The notes beneath the pieces are model-generated. The model saw only the letters and a list, made by a program, of their open reading frames with translations, was not told the DNA's origin and made no database searches. A stretch of 64,000 nt of DNA from Phallusia mammillata (lineage: Eukaryota): positions 12,400,001-12,464,000 of the forward strand of contig OZ281500.1 of NCBI GenBank assembly GCA_965637545.1, written 5' to 3'. Below, piece after piece: positions 11,701 through 24,963 of this stretch. Each line of letters starts with the position of its first letter. Position 1 is the first letter of the stretch. The position numbers were made by a program, and so were the translations under genes.

Positions 11701-14700
11701 ATTATGTTATAAAGTGCCAGGAAAAAGATAGGGACCCAATGAAATGTATTAGGTGCCAAATATATATCCATTATAAATATAGTAAATGGTATATGTGATA
11801 CATCGTTAAATATGATGTTGTATATATAAACTGGCAAAATATATGAAAACCACTATTCTAGTTGTGTTTTGTTCGTCAGTGGGCGTATCCTGTAGTGTAT
11901 AGTACAACCGCGTAATGCCAATGTTTTAGCGGTATTTGCGGTTAAGGTCAACGCCCTCGACGTCGTATTTTTATCTTTATTTGCCACATATTTTCCATTT
12001 ATAAACACTTTAGGCGAAACTAGCAGGTCGTTTATTACCGCAAATAGATTTTAGTTTAGTCATCGATCTGTTGGGAAACTATTTTACCTTTTTTACTTGA
12101 GTTAATACTGTTAACCACAGCTACTGCCGATTGTTAAATTGTCTTTACCAGGCCTTTTTACATTTCTGGATTTTTCAGTTAAACAAATATATTTGTGCAC
12201 ATTGTCAATATAATGTTTATTGTGTTGCACAAAATATATGTCACTAGTTACGTAATGGTTACCACATTAAAAAAAACATGCGTCGATAACAGAAAGCTGG
12301 CTTGCGAATGATTAGGTAATATTTTGCCATTTTGAGTTCAAATCATATTCCTTTCATTTGTTAAGACACGAACGCGGTTAAGTTTCCGCGTAAGCATTCC
12401 TTCAGCTTGTTGAACTACATTCCTTGTGGGTCAGTGTTGTTTAGCAACACGTAGTGCGGTTCCCACAATGCTGAACCAGCATTTTCAAATTAACATTTAT
12501 CGAATGTGTGTCTTTTAAGATTTTCATGGTTTTCGTCTGGATCGTTTTGTTCTTTAATCTGTATTATCCAGTTTTGATGTCCAAAACATTATTACACTAA
12601 CGTATTGCGTAAAAGCTTTTAGATGGTCGACTGGGTTCAAATTTGATCGATTTGCAACACTTAAATAAAGTTCCAATTACAATATCGACGATATTGAAAA
12701 AACACAATTTAGATTTTCAAGACCATGTCAAAAAACACTGTCCAAATTTCGCAATAATACTGTGAGGCAATGCATCGGCCTCAAAATTTCACAAATATTT
12801 TTGAAGGAATTGTCGGGTGGACAATCATCAACTTATCTTACGCCTGGTACCAATTGGAAACCTATGGTTTTGTGAGTGACTCAATGATTTTGCTCAACAT
12901 TTTGCAAGCAATATACGTCCTTGACTTCTTCTGGAATGAGGCTTGGTACCTAAAGACAATTGATATTTGTCACGATCACTTTGGTTGGATGCTGGCTTGG
13001 GGTGATTTGGTGTGGCTTCCATACATGTACACACTTCAGGTGGGTTTACTGCAGAACGAACAGTTGTGTGTCGTTCTCTTGGAGCAGCCTTTCAGAACGT
13101 ATTGGTCAAAATTGACTTATTTTTTTAATTGACTTATGATATTTTTTAACTACTTTCCTTTTGTATTTCAATTTACAGGGATTTTATTTGGCCCACAATC
13201 CCGTCATTTTGGGTCCTGAAAAATCAATTTCCATTCTTGTTCTTGGGTTGTTGGGTTACGTCATCTTTCGTACCTGCAACGCTCAAAAGGACCGGTTCCG
13301 GGCAAAGAAAGACAATTGCCTTATATGGGGTGCGTATGTGCGTACTATGATGAAAATGTTAACTAGTTTGCAAGTTTTTTTGAAGACTCAAAATTTCCAA
13401 ATGCATAACAATATGTCAACTACACCTCAGTATAACCAACTGCTTGTATCGAAATATGCTCACATAGGTCATTTCTTTTGTTGGGATCGGTGGCAAAGGC
13501 GTTTTCTGTAAGGTTTATTTGACACTCCTTTATTACTAACCGTTAAATACCGTGTAATCGGTTCCCGAGCGCTCAAAAGTCACAGGCATTTGTTGTACTT
13601 TTATCGTGTGTATAGAGGATTACAAGAATGACTTTTTACAAATCTGGCTCAAAGTATTATTCGCTACTAAGTATTGTCTTAACTTTGTATTGCTGCACGT
13701 TCATGCGCGGTACTGGTTATTTGTCAACATAGAGATACCACCTAGGGCTGTTATCAAACAAATAATTATTTGATTATTTGAAATTTTTAATTGTTTGAAA
13801 ATTTATCAAATAATTTTTTACACTATTTCAAATAATCAAATAATATTTTCCTATGCAGTAAACCTCGATATATGTGCAAAATCAATTTACTTGAACACAT
13901 TGGTGACAGAGTAACTGAAGCATGTCTCTTTCTGTACTAATTTATTATTTTAAACAGAAAAAAGATGTAGCCTGGATTTAATGACTAAGAGCTTACAAAA
14001 ATCGTTTAGTAGCCTAATTTTAACTGGGATTTTTAATCCTTATTTATTAATAACTCCGGGCCTTATGTATCAGGAGTTCTAAATTATTTGAATTATTTAA
14101 TTATTTGATTTGAAAGGAAAAATATAGAAAAAAAAATATTATTTGAAAAATTAAAAACCTTTAGGTAAATGTCGTTTCAGGTAAAAGACCAAATTACATC
14201 AAGTGCGTCTTCACATCATCGGATGGAAAACAGCACGACAGCACCCTCTTGTATTCAGGATGTTGGGGAATTGCACGACACCTTAACTATACAGGAGACC
14301 TGATGGGGGTAAATGTTTGTTCTCTTGCACAATACAAAAATGACAGGTCATAAACTACTTGCCGTTTCTATCGAAGTCAAGTTTAACAAGCTTGTTAAAG
14401 AAATATAGTCACCCCGGTTGCATAACTAACATGTTTATCTAGACTAGGGGTGTCAAAAGTGCGGCCCACGGGCCAAATGCGGCCCGCGGCGGCATTTCAA
14501 GTGGCCCGCAGCTGTTTTTTTAAAATTGTGTTGCGTATGGCCCGCCATCGTCCGGATTAGGTTTTTAGGATTTGGCGACTTGCGACTTCACGCAATTAAA
14601 GCCTTCCATGGAACTTTATTTCCCGGCAAAAGTGTACATCGTGCTGACGCAACAAAATTCCACAATTTCTTAAATTCCGTATACTTGTTCTAATTTGAAA

Positions 14701-15242
14701 AAATCGTCGGCCTGCGGGCGTCATCACTTGGTAAAAATTGGCCCCCATTAAAAAAAAGTTTGGACACCCCTGATCTAGACGTAAAAGGCTACGCTGCGTC
14801 AGAACACTATACTAAGCTGTTGCCAAACGACGATTGTTTAAACTGCAAAACAAAACACATTGTTCGAGCAGAATCGTAGTGGGATGTGTAATCTCCTTTT
14901 GTGCACCAGGGTAACAATGGTCACTTAACAATTACAAGTTAACATATATCAGCTAAGAAACACTGTAAATTCGGCGTCAATGCTACACAATGCAATTAAA
15001 CTTTGATATGCGACGACAGCAACAGCAGCATTTCTACAAGGTTTTCTATTTTTTAGTCGTTGGCGTATTGTCTGTGCTGCGGAACCGATCACCTTTTGCC
15101 GTATTTCTACTTTGTCTTCATACTGATGCTGCTTGTGCACCGAGTCTACAGGGACGAACACCGATGTTCAGCAAAATACGGAACATACTGGGATGAATAT
15201 ACCCGCCGTGTTCCTTATCGTCTCATACCTTTCATTTACTAG
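8740..15242 (+). CDS. DHCR7: 7-dehydrocholesterol reductase (multi-exon)
   Basis: Spliced translation gives WGRAW, TPAG...[28 protein letters not shown]|[46 protein letters not shown] and [11 protein letters not shown]...YRLIPFIY*, matching vertebrate DHCR7 motifs as recalled. A ~2.9-kb intron splits NGRPG/IVGW. Confidence 0.95.
10217..10450 (-). mobile_element. Helentron-associated (pearl/DINE-1-like) non-autonomous element, 3' part, in a DHCR7 intron
   Basis: 10217-10258 is the exact reverse complement of 44419-44460, including the CCCCTTC-AGG-GAAGGGG hairpin. It is followed by a T-rich microsatellite and a diverged core repeat homologous to 44130-44340. Far boundary not determined. Confidence 0.65.
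11450..11865. repeat. Two diverged direct repeats (~230-250 bp period) in a DHCR7 intron
   Basis: GCTTGCA(A/G)AAACAATTATGTTATAA occurs at ~11458 and ~11688; AAAACCACTATT(C)CAGTT/CTAGTT occurs at ~11599 and ~11847. Confidence 0.6.
13742..14165. mobile_element. Probable degenerate MITE with ATTATTTG/CAAATAAT subterminal arrays
   Basis: Begins TAGGGCTGTT (hAT-like); clusters of ATTATTTGA/TCAAATAAT at both ends; right TIR and TSD not clean. Confidence 0.4.
14445..14772. mobile_element. hAT-type MITE
   Basis: TIRs TAGGGGTGTCAAAA / TTTGGACACCCCTG; perfect 8-bp TSD ATCTAGAC (14437-14444, 14773-14780); GCGGCCC subterminal repeats. Confidence 0.9.
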
Positions 15243-16887
15243 TTTCGTTTAGTTCAACTTTACTGAAATTAAACCTGTTTAAAGTGTTTGTGATTGAATT
15301 TGAAAATAATTAAATGTTTGTTGAACCAGTTCAATTAGAAAATACAACCTACCGTGCTTTAATAAATTGTGTCATAACGTCTGATGCTAAACGATTTTTT
15401 CATGCCTAAAATTATCTTTTTACAAGCCCTATCCTGACATACCGCATAAAATGTTTAAAAGAAAGGGAAGTGCGAGAAAAGATAAATCAAAGGTGAACAC
15501 AGCTTATCTGAAAGAAAGAATTTTTTTTTCGTACAACGCCGACATGTTGGACGCCCACGTGCTTGTGGATAAATGTATTTTCACAAGTAAGTTTTAACTG
15601 GATAGCTTTGGTCTTGTTTCTTGCGAAGTTACAAAAACATATTTTAAAACGTTTCTTCCAAAACCGAATGTTTGGCTTAAAGGATAATTTGGGTCAGATC
15701 TGATCGAACCCATAGACCCGATCTAACAGATGTTTTGTAAACAATTGTTCGTTGTTATCACAAGGCAATACATATGAAACGCTCCCTAATACCTTTACAA
15801 ACATATGAAAAACTGAACTGAAATATTGCCAAAATGGCCTGCTTTGTTTCCGGCAAACATATTTAAAACTTTTCTAAAGAATTGTGAGCGGTTTATGGCA
15901 CTAATAATTTGCATTTTTGGGTCGGAGGGGGCTCTTGCCCTCCCTAGCCAAACCATTGGCATTAAAATTGTTTTGCATGTTTTATACATCTTTGACCGGG
16001 TAGGCCTTTTATTTCACTTCCGCCAACACACTTAAAATCGCATATCAAACAAACATACATACACAGCCACTAACGCAAAATACACGTACAGGAAAAACGT
16101 AAAACAAAATAGTCAAAGGGAAAGTGCAATTTCACGTTTCGTAAAACCACAAATTTTTGCGAATTTTTATCTTCTGAAAAAATTGATGACACGTAACATG
16201 AAGAACAGGCATTACTTCTATGATTGAAAGCTTAAGCAACGACTTCTACAGAAAACCACACAAATGGTTAATAAAACATCGATTTGTCAAACGCGATAAT
16301 TACAAGAAATATTTCCAAAAACTTGAAATAAATATTTAATAATACATCCATAAACTTTAGGTCAAATATATTCCATCCTAGTTTAAGGGAATTATATTGA
16401 ACTGAACGTAACAGAAAGTTTTTTGCACACAGTCAATCCATTTCATTTCGTTTTCATTTTAAGTTTTTTTTTTTCTTTTTGAAAACACGTATTCGCAAAT
16501 ATTTCGATAAAAATGTTAAAAACAAATTATGAGATCGCCAGCAAAACAGTAGCGGCGGAAAACACACAACGGGGGGTTATTTACTTAAACGTGTAAAATG
16601 AATCGCACATTTAGGAAACTGCTTGAGTAGAAATGTAGGGTTACCAAAGTGGGTATGAGGTCAGTGTTGTAAAGAATACATTGTTCTATACAATGTTAAA
16701 TAATAAAGGATATAAACTATGCTCTCATCCCCCTTCCCCCAAAAAACAGTAATCCCCTATTTATATTTTGTACAAACAAAAAAGGCTGTGTTTGAATGTA
16801 TGAAGGCAGTCGATTAAAGCTAGGCGAACAGTGATGCTATGTACATGATCACAGTATAAAAGGCCATCTTAAAACGACTTGGAAAAT

Positions 16888-19809
16888 TTACAAACTCCGC
16901 TTTGCTGCGCGCAATCGTCGTATCCTAGGTTCAGGTGATTTGACCAGGGCGGCACCTCCTTCAGAACGCGGTCGTTTTTTAATCTTGCAACGCAACGACA
17001 CCCGCCTCGTTTTATTGTCCCTTGTTGGAGTTCTGGTTGACGACTTTCGTTTTCCCCAAGAGTTTGTGTTTTCAAGAGTCTGTGATCTTGTGACGCGGCT
17101 TTCTGTAATTCCACTGCTGCTCGGCTCCTCCACTTTTTCGCCACTTTTATCTTCTCCCGCCTTAACTATGACCTCATCGCTAACGTCACCATTTGATGAC
17201 GAAATACTGGCGTCCTGAAGGGGCTCAATTGGTGGAAGTACTAAATGGAAGTGAGACAATTTGTGAAAAGCAATTTCTTTATGAAACCCACAATTATGTT
17301 TGGGGTGAAATTTGATGCTTTAAAATTTTTCAGGAGGTGACAATCACAAGAAACTTGTTCCACATAAACTTCTTCATACAGGTAGTTTGGGGTGAAGAAT
17401 TTGCCTAAATTTAATTCAAAACAGTTGAAAGGTTTACCTGGCTTTTCAACCTCTTCCTCCTTGGGCTTGCCTTCTGTTGGCAGTGATACTTTCATAGGTT
17501 TGTCTGCTAAAACAAAAAAATAATGTAAAAACCTAAAAACTTTTGATGGTAATTTGCTCAAGAAAACACTGACATAGTAAGATCCATAAATATCACAAAA
17601 ACAATTTTGGGGGGTTTAATTTTTTAATATCTCGTTGTAAACCAAGGTATCAATCATTGCCAGACACAGGCTGAAAACCTGGCTTGTTTTAGTGCAAATG
17701 GTGAATCAAAAATCAATACATACCTGTTTCTTTTTCTCCAGTAGCTATGGACCCAAATTCTTCAACATCTGACCCAGTCATTTCACTTCTGATTTAAAAA
17801 AGGCAAATTTAAACATAAACGCAAAGAGAGAATGATTTACATGATAGGGTTATGCAGATAATACTGTATCAGCACTGATACCCGATGCTATGTGTGGTAT
17901 TAGTAGTTCATCTTTTAGTGATCTGGCTATAACATGCACGATGTTGTTACTTCTACCAAAATATTTTGCAAAAGTCTGGCACAACAACCTTTTTATACAA
18001 CATCCACCTATGCTCTTTTCCAAATCAGCAAAATTTAATAGATTTAAAGTTTTCATTTAAGGAGAACGATTTGCTGCTTACTTGGCACTTGTCCAACTTT
18101 CAACATATGTGCCTTTTCCTTTGCTTGGTTCAATTTTGCGTCTTTCAATTATAACCACAATGACACTTGTGTTATCAGCTCTCATCATTCGCATTGCCCA
18201 TCTGTCTAGTGCCAGTTGAACTAGTTTGTGGGCTGGACTTGATATGCTACCCTGCAAAAGTAATCATTAACAGATTACAAATACCAGTAATACATGAAAC
18301 AGTTATAAAATTGGCTTTGATTACAAACTGCAAGTAAAATAAATTTTCAAAAGTTGTAAAAGATTAATTACTGTGTTCTTTCTTTTGTCTTCAATGTCAG
18401 CAACAACAGATACACACTCCTGCGGTCGAACCATATTCCACAAACCATCACTAGCAAGTACAACAAACTGCTCTTTACCGGGATGTAGGTTGTATGCATA
18501 GACATCAGGAACAGGTGATACCTAAGAAACACATATGTTATAAATATAGACTGTGAAATAAATGACAACAACTCTAGATCACACTGGTTGTCACGATAAT
18601 GAGTACATGTCCACAAACACAATATTTTGTAATCCTACAACACAATTTGTTTTAGGCATTTTTAAATGTCTTATTTAACAACAAACTAATACTCACCACA
18701 AATTCATTTAACTCTGAGTTAAAACTCCACAGATCCCCTAGTGATCTTGCCACGGCTAGAAATGGAATTTTGTCCAGTTTTGTGCTCCTTCGAATAGGTC
18801 CATTATGGGTTAACTTTGGTCTTGCCCACACCACTCGATTCACTCCAGACTTATTCATTACACTGATAAAAAACATTATTACCACTCTTCCATATCAAAA
18901 ATATACAGCAACTAGAGTTTTACACTCACCAACCACCGCATTTTTCAATTCGTTTTCTTTCTTTGAGAAGTTCTGGCTTATGATCAATGGTAAGACCAGA
19001 AGCAACATAGGACTTGGGTTGTTGATTGGGTTTTTCACATATATCACGACTCCCCATTACAACCATTGAATCACCAACATTTGCAACATACATCCGATTG
19101 CCTCGAATAATCACCAAACTTGCTGTGGTTCCTGCTGTACTTGGATGGCCTAAAGGAGTCTTTGGCCACTCAGCTAAAAAGATATTGACATTTATGTGTA
19201 CAATAGTTGTTGTTTTGTAAATAATTTATTTTTTGAAACAAACACTGTAATTGATTTACCGAATGATCTTGATTAGGTTCGGACTGAAACCATAAAATAG
19301 TATAGACAATATTTTTGATGTTCCACAACAGTTCTTTTAGTGAGCATAATAGATCGGTTAGGCCAATTTGTAACAAATTATTTGGCAAATCAAAGCTTCG
19401 GTGCATTGTACTTAATATATCGAATCAATTTCTGTTAGTTTAACATGGCCACACACACACGGAGAGACTAATATGTTACAACACTACACCATGGAAACTT
19501 ACGTAATTTGTTCCACATGGCATGGTGGGTTATTACAAATGCCTCAGAAATAGATTTTTTTACAGTGCTTTCATTATTGGAAAAGAATCCTTTCTGAAGT
19601 TTGATAGTTTCGAGAAGGTTATCCCTCGCAAAATGGGCAGCATCTTTTCCTCCATGGCCGTCAAATATAGCGAAGGCAGCATATTCAACAACAATTTTAC
19701 CAGATTTGACTCTTTCAAACTGTACAGAAGTTACATCTTCCATATATTTGCGACCACCTTGATTAACTTCAGCAGTGACCCGAAGATTCCAACAATTCGT
19801 CGGGGCCAT
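16888..19809 (-). CDS. PPM1D: Protein phosphatase 1D (Wip1, PP2C family), multi-exon
   Basis: [26 protein letters not shown]|[28 protein letters not shown], and the PPM1D-specific loop [36 protein letters not shown]. Last exon (16888-17240) is a basic low-complexity tail ending RAAKRSL*. Internal C-terminal exons only approximately resolved. Confidence 0.93.
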
Positions 19810-20730
19810 TTTATGTATTTTTTTACTAATTGAAACAGTCCTAAGTTGGCATGCTTAAAAATACATACACTTGATGAACATGCACTGAACTGGTTAAACC
19901 GATAATCAAAGTCATAGTCAACCTATTGACTATAGTTTCACATGTAATAAAATTGGGCATATTTCTGCCGATCTGCCACTAGCCCACTATGCACATAAAA
20001 TTGTTTTTTACAAAGTATACCGTGTGACACTGTAAGATTGACTTACAGTTTTTTTCTCCTGTCAATACATTATGACAAGTTACAACTTCAAACTCTGAAC
20101 TGACATAAACAAACACTATATTTTCCGTTTTATTGCATAATATGTATATCTGTATATTCACTGTCCGTTAACTGGAGGTCTCCTGTCACAAAGTACAAAC
20201 TTTCCTAGCGTTCTGTATTAATTAAAGTATCTTCCGTTCAAATGAAAAAGTTACTTTTGGAAGATAGCCAAAATTATTCCACTGCTGTAGTCCTTCACAA
20301 ACAAAAAAAATTAAATTTACTGCTTTGGCGTTGCTGATTGGTTGAATTAGTTGTTTAATTCTTACGTCATAAATACTCGAAATCATACATTTTGATGAGT
20401 CACCAAACGTTTCTGCATTATAACTAATTCTTGTTTTGGCCAAACACTTTTTTTAAAAAATTGTTAAATTGATTTTGGTAGCTTTCAGACACCAAATTAA
20501 TTTTATTAGCAGAAGCAAGCTGATTTTGTGTTTAAAATTGTTTGTATTTTTTTTGCACTGGTCAAACAAATGTATTGCAAAAAAATAAAAAAACGGATGA
20601 ATTAATGATCAGTAATTTACAAAACTACCAAAAATTTAAAACTATTTTTGACTTGTTTTAGAGTCGGAAAAAGTTTGGTTTGATGTCGACCTCTAGTGGC
20701 CGCAGTGTTTGCGTGAGCAGTAATCCAATG

Positions 20731-20750
20731 CTTTTCGGCCTTTTTGGCCT
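20731..20750 (+). promoter_or_regulatory. Pyrimidine-rich TCT/5'TOP-like start region of RPL7
   Basis: CTTTTC and CCTTTTT tracts ~15-30 nt upstream of the ATG at 20763, as is typical of ribosomal protein genes. Exact TSS unknown. Confidence 0.55.
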
Positions 20751-20762
20751 GATATAAGCAGA

Positions 20763-23700
20763 ATGGTGGAGAGGTATGTAATCTGCCAACATCTCCGCAT
20801 AAAGTCTCGGTAGAGTCAAACTGTAAAAAGAAATCTGGTGTATTGTGATAGTTGCACAACTAGGCAACTTGTTGTTTACGCACTGACCTTTTATTTATGT
20901 TTTTAGCAAGAAACTTCCCCGGGTTCCGGAGTCTCTCCTGAAGAGGCGTAAAGAATACCAAGCTTTGAAAGCCAAGCAGGCCCAGGCTGCCATTCTTAAC
21001 AAGAAGGTATGTGCTTAAACTTTTACTTTCTATCATCTAAATAAGCTAAAATGTTCAAAAACACAACACATTTTTGATTTATTGCCCGGCAATTTTTTAA
21101 ATTAAGTTAATTTATGCATCTACTATTTATTTCTTTAAATGACTTTGAAACATGTCATTGGTTGCATTATAATTTTCTTTCATGAATTGATTAAACAAGA
21201 AACTACATTTGTATATCTTATTTATATTGTAAAAAATGTTTGTGTTCTGCTTTATTTTTATTTTTTGTAAAGCGGCAACAAGAGAAGAGGAAGTTGTACT
21301 TCAAAAGGGCAGAGCAATACATTAAGGAGTACAGACTGAAGGAGCGTGATGGGATCAGACTCGCAAGACAAGCAAGAAAGCACAAGAACTACTATGTTCC
21401 AGATCAACCAACACTTGCCTTTGTAATTCGAATCAGAGGGTAAGTGTTTTGTTTTGAGAATATTTACTTGACCCTCATTGTTTTACGTGTTTTAAGATAT
21501 GGTTTCTTGGCAACATTAAAAATTAGAAAGAACTGATTTATATTGATATTTAACATGATTTTGTTATGTTTTTTAAAAGCTGTACATATATTTTGTCTTG
21601 GTGGCAAATGTACTAAACACGTACTAATACTGACCATCACAAACAAAGTATTTTAAAAGTCTATTGTAGTTGATTTTTGATGACACATTCTTAAGGCAAG
21701 TTTGTTAGAAGCAATTCTTAACATTGAGGAGAAAGATATATATTTGTAAGCTACCTAGAAAAGTTTCATACTCCAACTGAAACAAATAATGGGCTGTGGT
21801 TGGGGTTTCATAATCCTTACGAAATCGAAAAAAATCTGGATTGAATCAAGTTATGAGCCAGTCTGAGTGTGGCAGCTGCATGCGCGATTTTTTATTTGTA
21901 AAAAAATTTTTGCATGCCAAGTTTTGGTTTTCACGCAGAAATTTTGCACCAAAGGCATTTAATTGGGCTGTCTTGACATCTTTTACCTGCTTTGCACTTG
22001 CTGAAATTGGTCTTGCACGCAAACTTACGGGTTGTTCACGCACACATGCAGGACATGTAGGTTCTGCATGCACGAGATCTCGTCGGGAACTGCCATGTTC
22101 TGCAGACTGTGTTATGAGTTTGTGCTTGTGTTTGTTGCTTATCTCATTTTTACATGTTTGATAGTTATAAATTTAAGTCTTTGATTTTTTACGAAATCTT
22201 TGTAAACATGTTTTGTAAGAGCATTTCTGTTTGTTTTGTATTACTTGGATACCATCAGACTCAGACATATGACATCTTGCGTATATAATGCTTATAATGA
22301 TTGTTTTTTATAAGCAGTATGTCTTGCATATTTTGTGTACTAGTTAATCTGTAATTAGACAACATGGAATTTTAGTTTGTACCTAAAGAGTTAAAGGATA
22401 TTACTTTTATTTGCAATGCAGTATTAACCAAGTCAGCCCAAAAGTGAAGAAGATTTTACAGCTTCTGCGACTTCGACAAATTCACAATGGGGTATTTGTG
22501 AAGCTGACCAAAGCAACCTTGCAGATGCTTAGAATTGCTGAGCCATACATTGCTTGGGGGTAAACTATTATTTTAAAAAATTTTTTATACATCCTCCGAA
22601 ATCTGTACTAAATAAGTAGTTAATTTTTTGGTGATTATTGATTTTTAAAGAGTAATAGGCAAAAAACCTGTAAATACTATTGCATACAAGAGCTGTTTGT
22701 TTGTTAATTTTTATGTAATATGAATGTGCTTGTACATTTTTGACATTCTAGACTTTGTACAGCTGTTTCATTGCATTAAGCAAACAGGACTTGGTAAAAT
22801 ATGGCGGTTTATGGGGTTAACTGCAACCAGGGAGAGAAAATCCATTTTGTTAGTGTTGAGATCTTATTGAAAAGAATATCTGTGTTTACAATGAAAACAT
22901 GCATATATATATATATATATATACATACATATGGAAATGTTTTATTACTTGCAGGAAAGTGCTGTGTTTTTCGCCTTGTGATTGGTTAAACATCCTTTAT
23001 TTAAATCAATGTTAAACTACTTTTTTCAAACCCATTCAAAGTGTTAAATTTTTTGGTAGTTACCCGAACTTGAAGACCGTTCGTGAGCTTGTTTACAAAC
23101 GTGGTCATGGAAAGATCAACAAGAACCGAATTCCTATCACTGACAATAGCAGTATTGAAGATAACTTGGGTAAGTAGTGAAGATATGTGTACTGAATAAA
23201 TGTTTGTTTTAGACTCTTTAAAATGCTACTTAGTTACAGATCCCCTTTCCTGAAGTGGGCATTTTGATTTCACTTTGATTTTTTTCTTTGGTTGGGTTTG
23301 CCCTTTTGTCATGAAACCTTTAATGGATTTTGATAAAACTTTCACAACTGATAGATATAGCAATGTAGATGTGTCAGTTGCTTCTTTGACTACATAGCCT
23401 CAGCAGTTACCCCATTAAACCACAAAGTTAAAAAAAATCATATCATAACATTGCTGGTCACTACAACCGAAAAGTTTCTATAGTGTAATAGTCTGATAAA
23501 GGGTGGTGGCTATTTTTGTAGATGACGGTTAGGGACATATTAACAGCCTTATGTCGCCATAGTTGCTGCTTAAAACACTTTTAACAAATCAGGACAAAAC
23601 TTACAGTAGTTTGGGTCATTGTAGTTTTAGTATTTTATTAGTTACTCCACTAGTCCCCTTAAATAAAGGAATGTTTTTGAACAATGTTGAAATCAGATAA

Positions 23701-24622
23701 AATTTTGACAGTTTATTTAATGGTCAATTGTTGTGTTTCACCCTGTAGCCCTAATATTAACCCCACGAGCCTGCTAAAATGGGTACATTTTTCAAAAAAT
23801 ATTCGAATCACATGATATTTGGACAATTCATATATTAAATGCTGTTTTAAGTTGTTGGTCATGGTGTTTCACCCCTTTTACTTTTAAACAATGTCCAAAT
23901 TGGATGAAATTTGCGCAGTATGTAGAATATGCGATTTTTAGGGGTTGATTGTTGTGTTTGCCCAGACGTAGCCCTATAATTTCACCCCATCTGACCTGAA
24001 TAGAGTTAGATAGTTTGTACTTCACATAGTACGATAATTTATGCAGAATACTGATCACTGTAAGATTTTATGTACATTTTTAGCTATCTCGTGTATTATA
24101 TAAAATGTATTATATACAACATTGCATGAGTAGGAAACCCTGAGTTTCTGCTCACAGAAAGAACTAAGCTTGTAAAAATGTTAAATGATAGGGAATATGC
24201 ATTTTAAAATATGTTATGTGCATAGTATATGTGTTAAGCCACCCTTCTAGTTTCACCAATCTGTTGGTAGATTAATAGCTTGTTTAAATGTTTTTGTTTG
24301 GAACTAAACTAGTTTGCCCAAGGTCACTTAGTGTGGTGTAGCAGGTATATAGCCCTTAAAAAACTAAAACCATCACTAAAATTTTGAAAGTTTTCAAATT
24401 CTATTTTTTACAGGCAAAAGCGGAATAATCTGTGTAGAGGATCTTATTCATGAGATTTTCACTGTTGGTCCCAACTTCAAGGAAGCTTCCAACTTCTTGT
24501 GGCCATTTAAACTGTCATCGCCCCGTGGTGGTTTCCAAAAGGTTACCAACCATTTTGTTGAAGGTGGAGATTATGGCAATCGTGAAGACAAAATCAACAA
24601 CTTGGTTCGCAAAATGAATTAA
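20763..24622 (+). CDS. RPL7: 60S ribosomal protein L7 (uL30), 6 coding exons
   Basis: MVES|[36 protein letters not shown]|[34 protein letters not shown]|[63 protein letters not shown]. Confidence 0.97.
22903..22922. repeat. (AT)10 microsatellite in an RPL7 intron
   Basis: Direct reading. Confidence 0.9.
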
Positions 24623-24930
24623 AATGTTGAGTCCGGGTACTTGTTGTGGTTTCTTGAAAGTTCAGTAACAGATGTTCTGTCAAAACCAATGTCAACAAGA
24701 TGTATTTACAAAATGGTTTTTGTTATTGTTGTGAATTTATTTCTTTGAGGGTGAAAGTGCTGAACCTGCTATGATGGTATAACAGGAATGATTTTGTTTG
24801 AAAGCCCTTATCTTCAGCAAAAGAATTGAAATCGTAATACAGTCAAGGGAATTACCCTTATGTGTTAAGGAAACCTGAAAGGCATAACTGGGATGTGTTC
24901 AATCGAACAATCTGACCTCCCAAAATAGGG

Positions 24931-24963
24931 GGGTTCGAATCCCACTGCAGACTAGAATTTTTT
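24931..24963 (+). repeat. Relic of the tRNA-like family seen at 63468 (B-box, 3' acceptor strand and T-run only)
   Basis: GGGTTCGAATCCCACTGCAGACTAGAATTTTT vs GGGTTCGAATCCCACCGCAGGCTAGA-TTTTT at 63519-63549; upstream sequence is unrelated. Confidence 0.6.

Noticed and set aside
21676-21782. C/D box snoRNA (TGATGA...CTGA) in RPL7 intron 2
   Set aside because: No terminal stem, no clear C'/D' boxes and no contiguous rRNA-complementary guide recognised.
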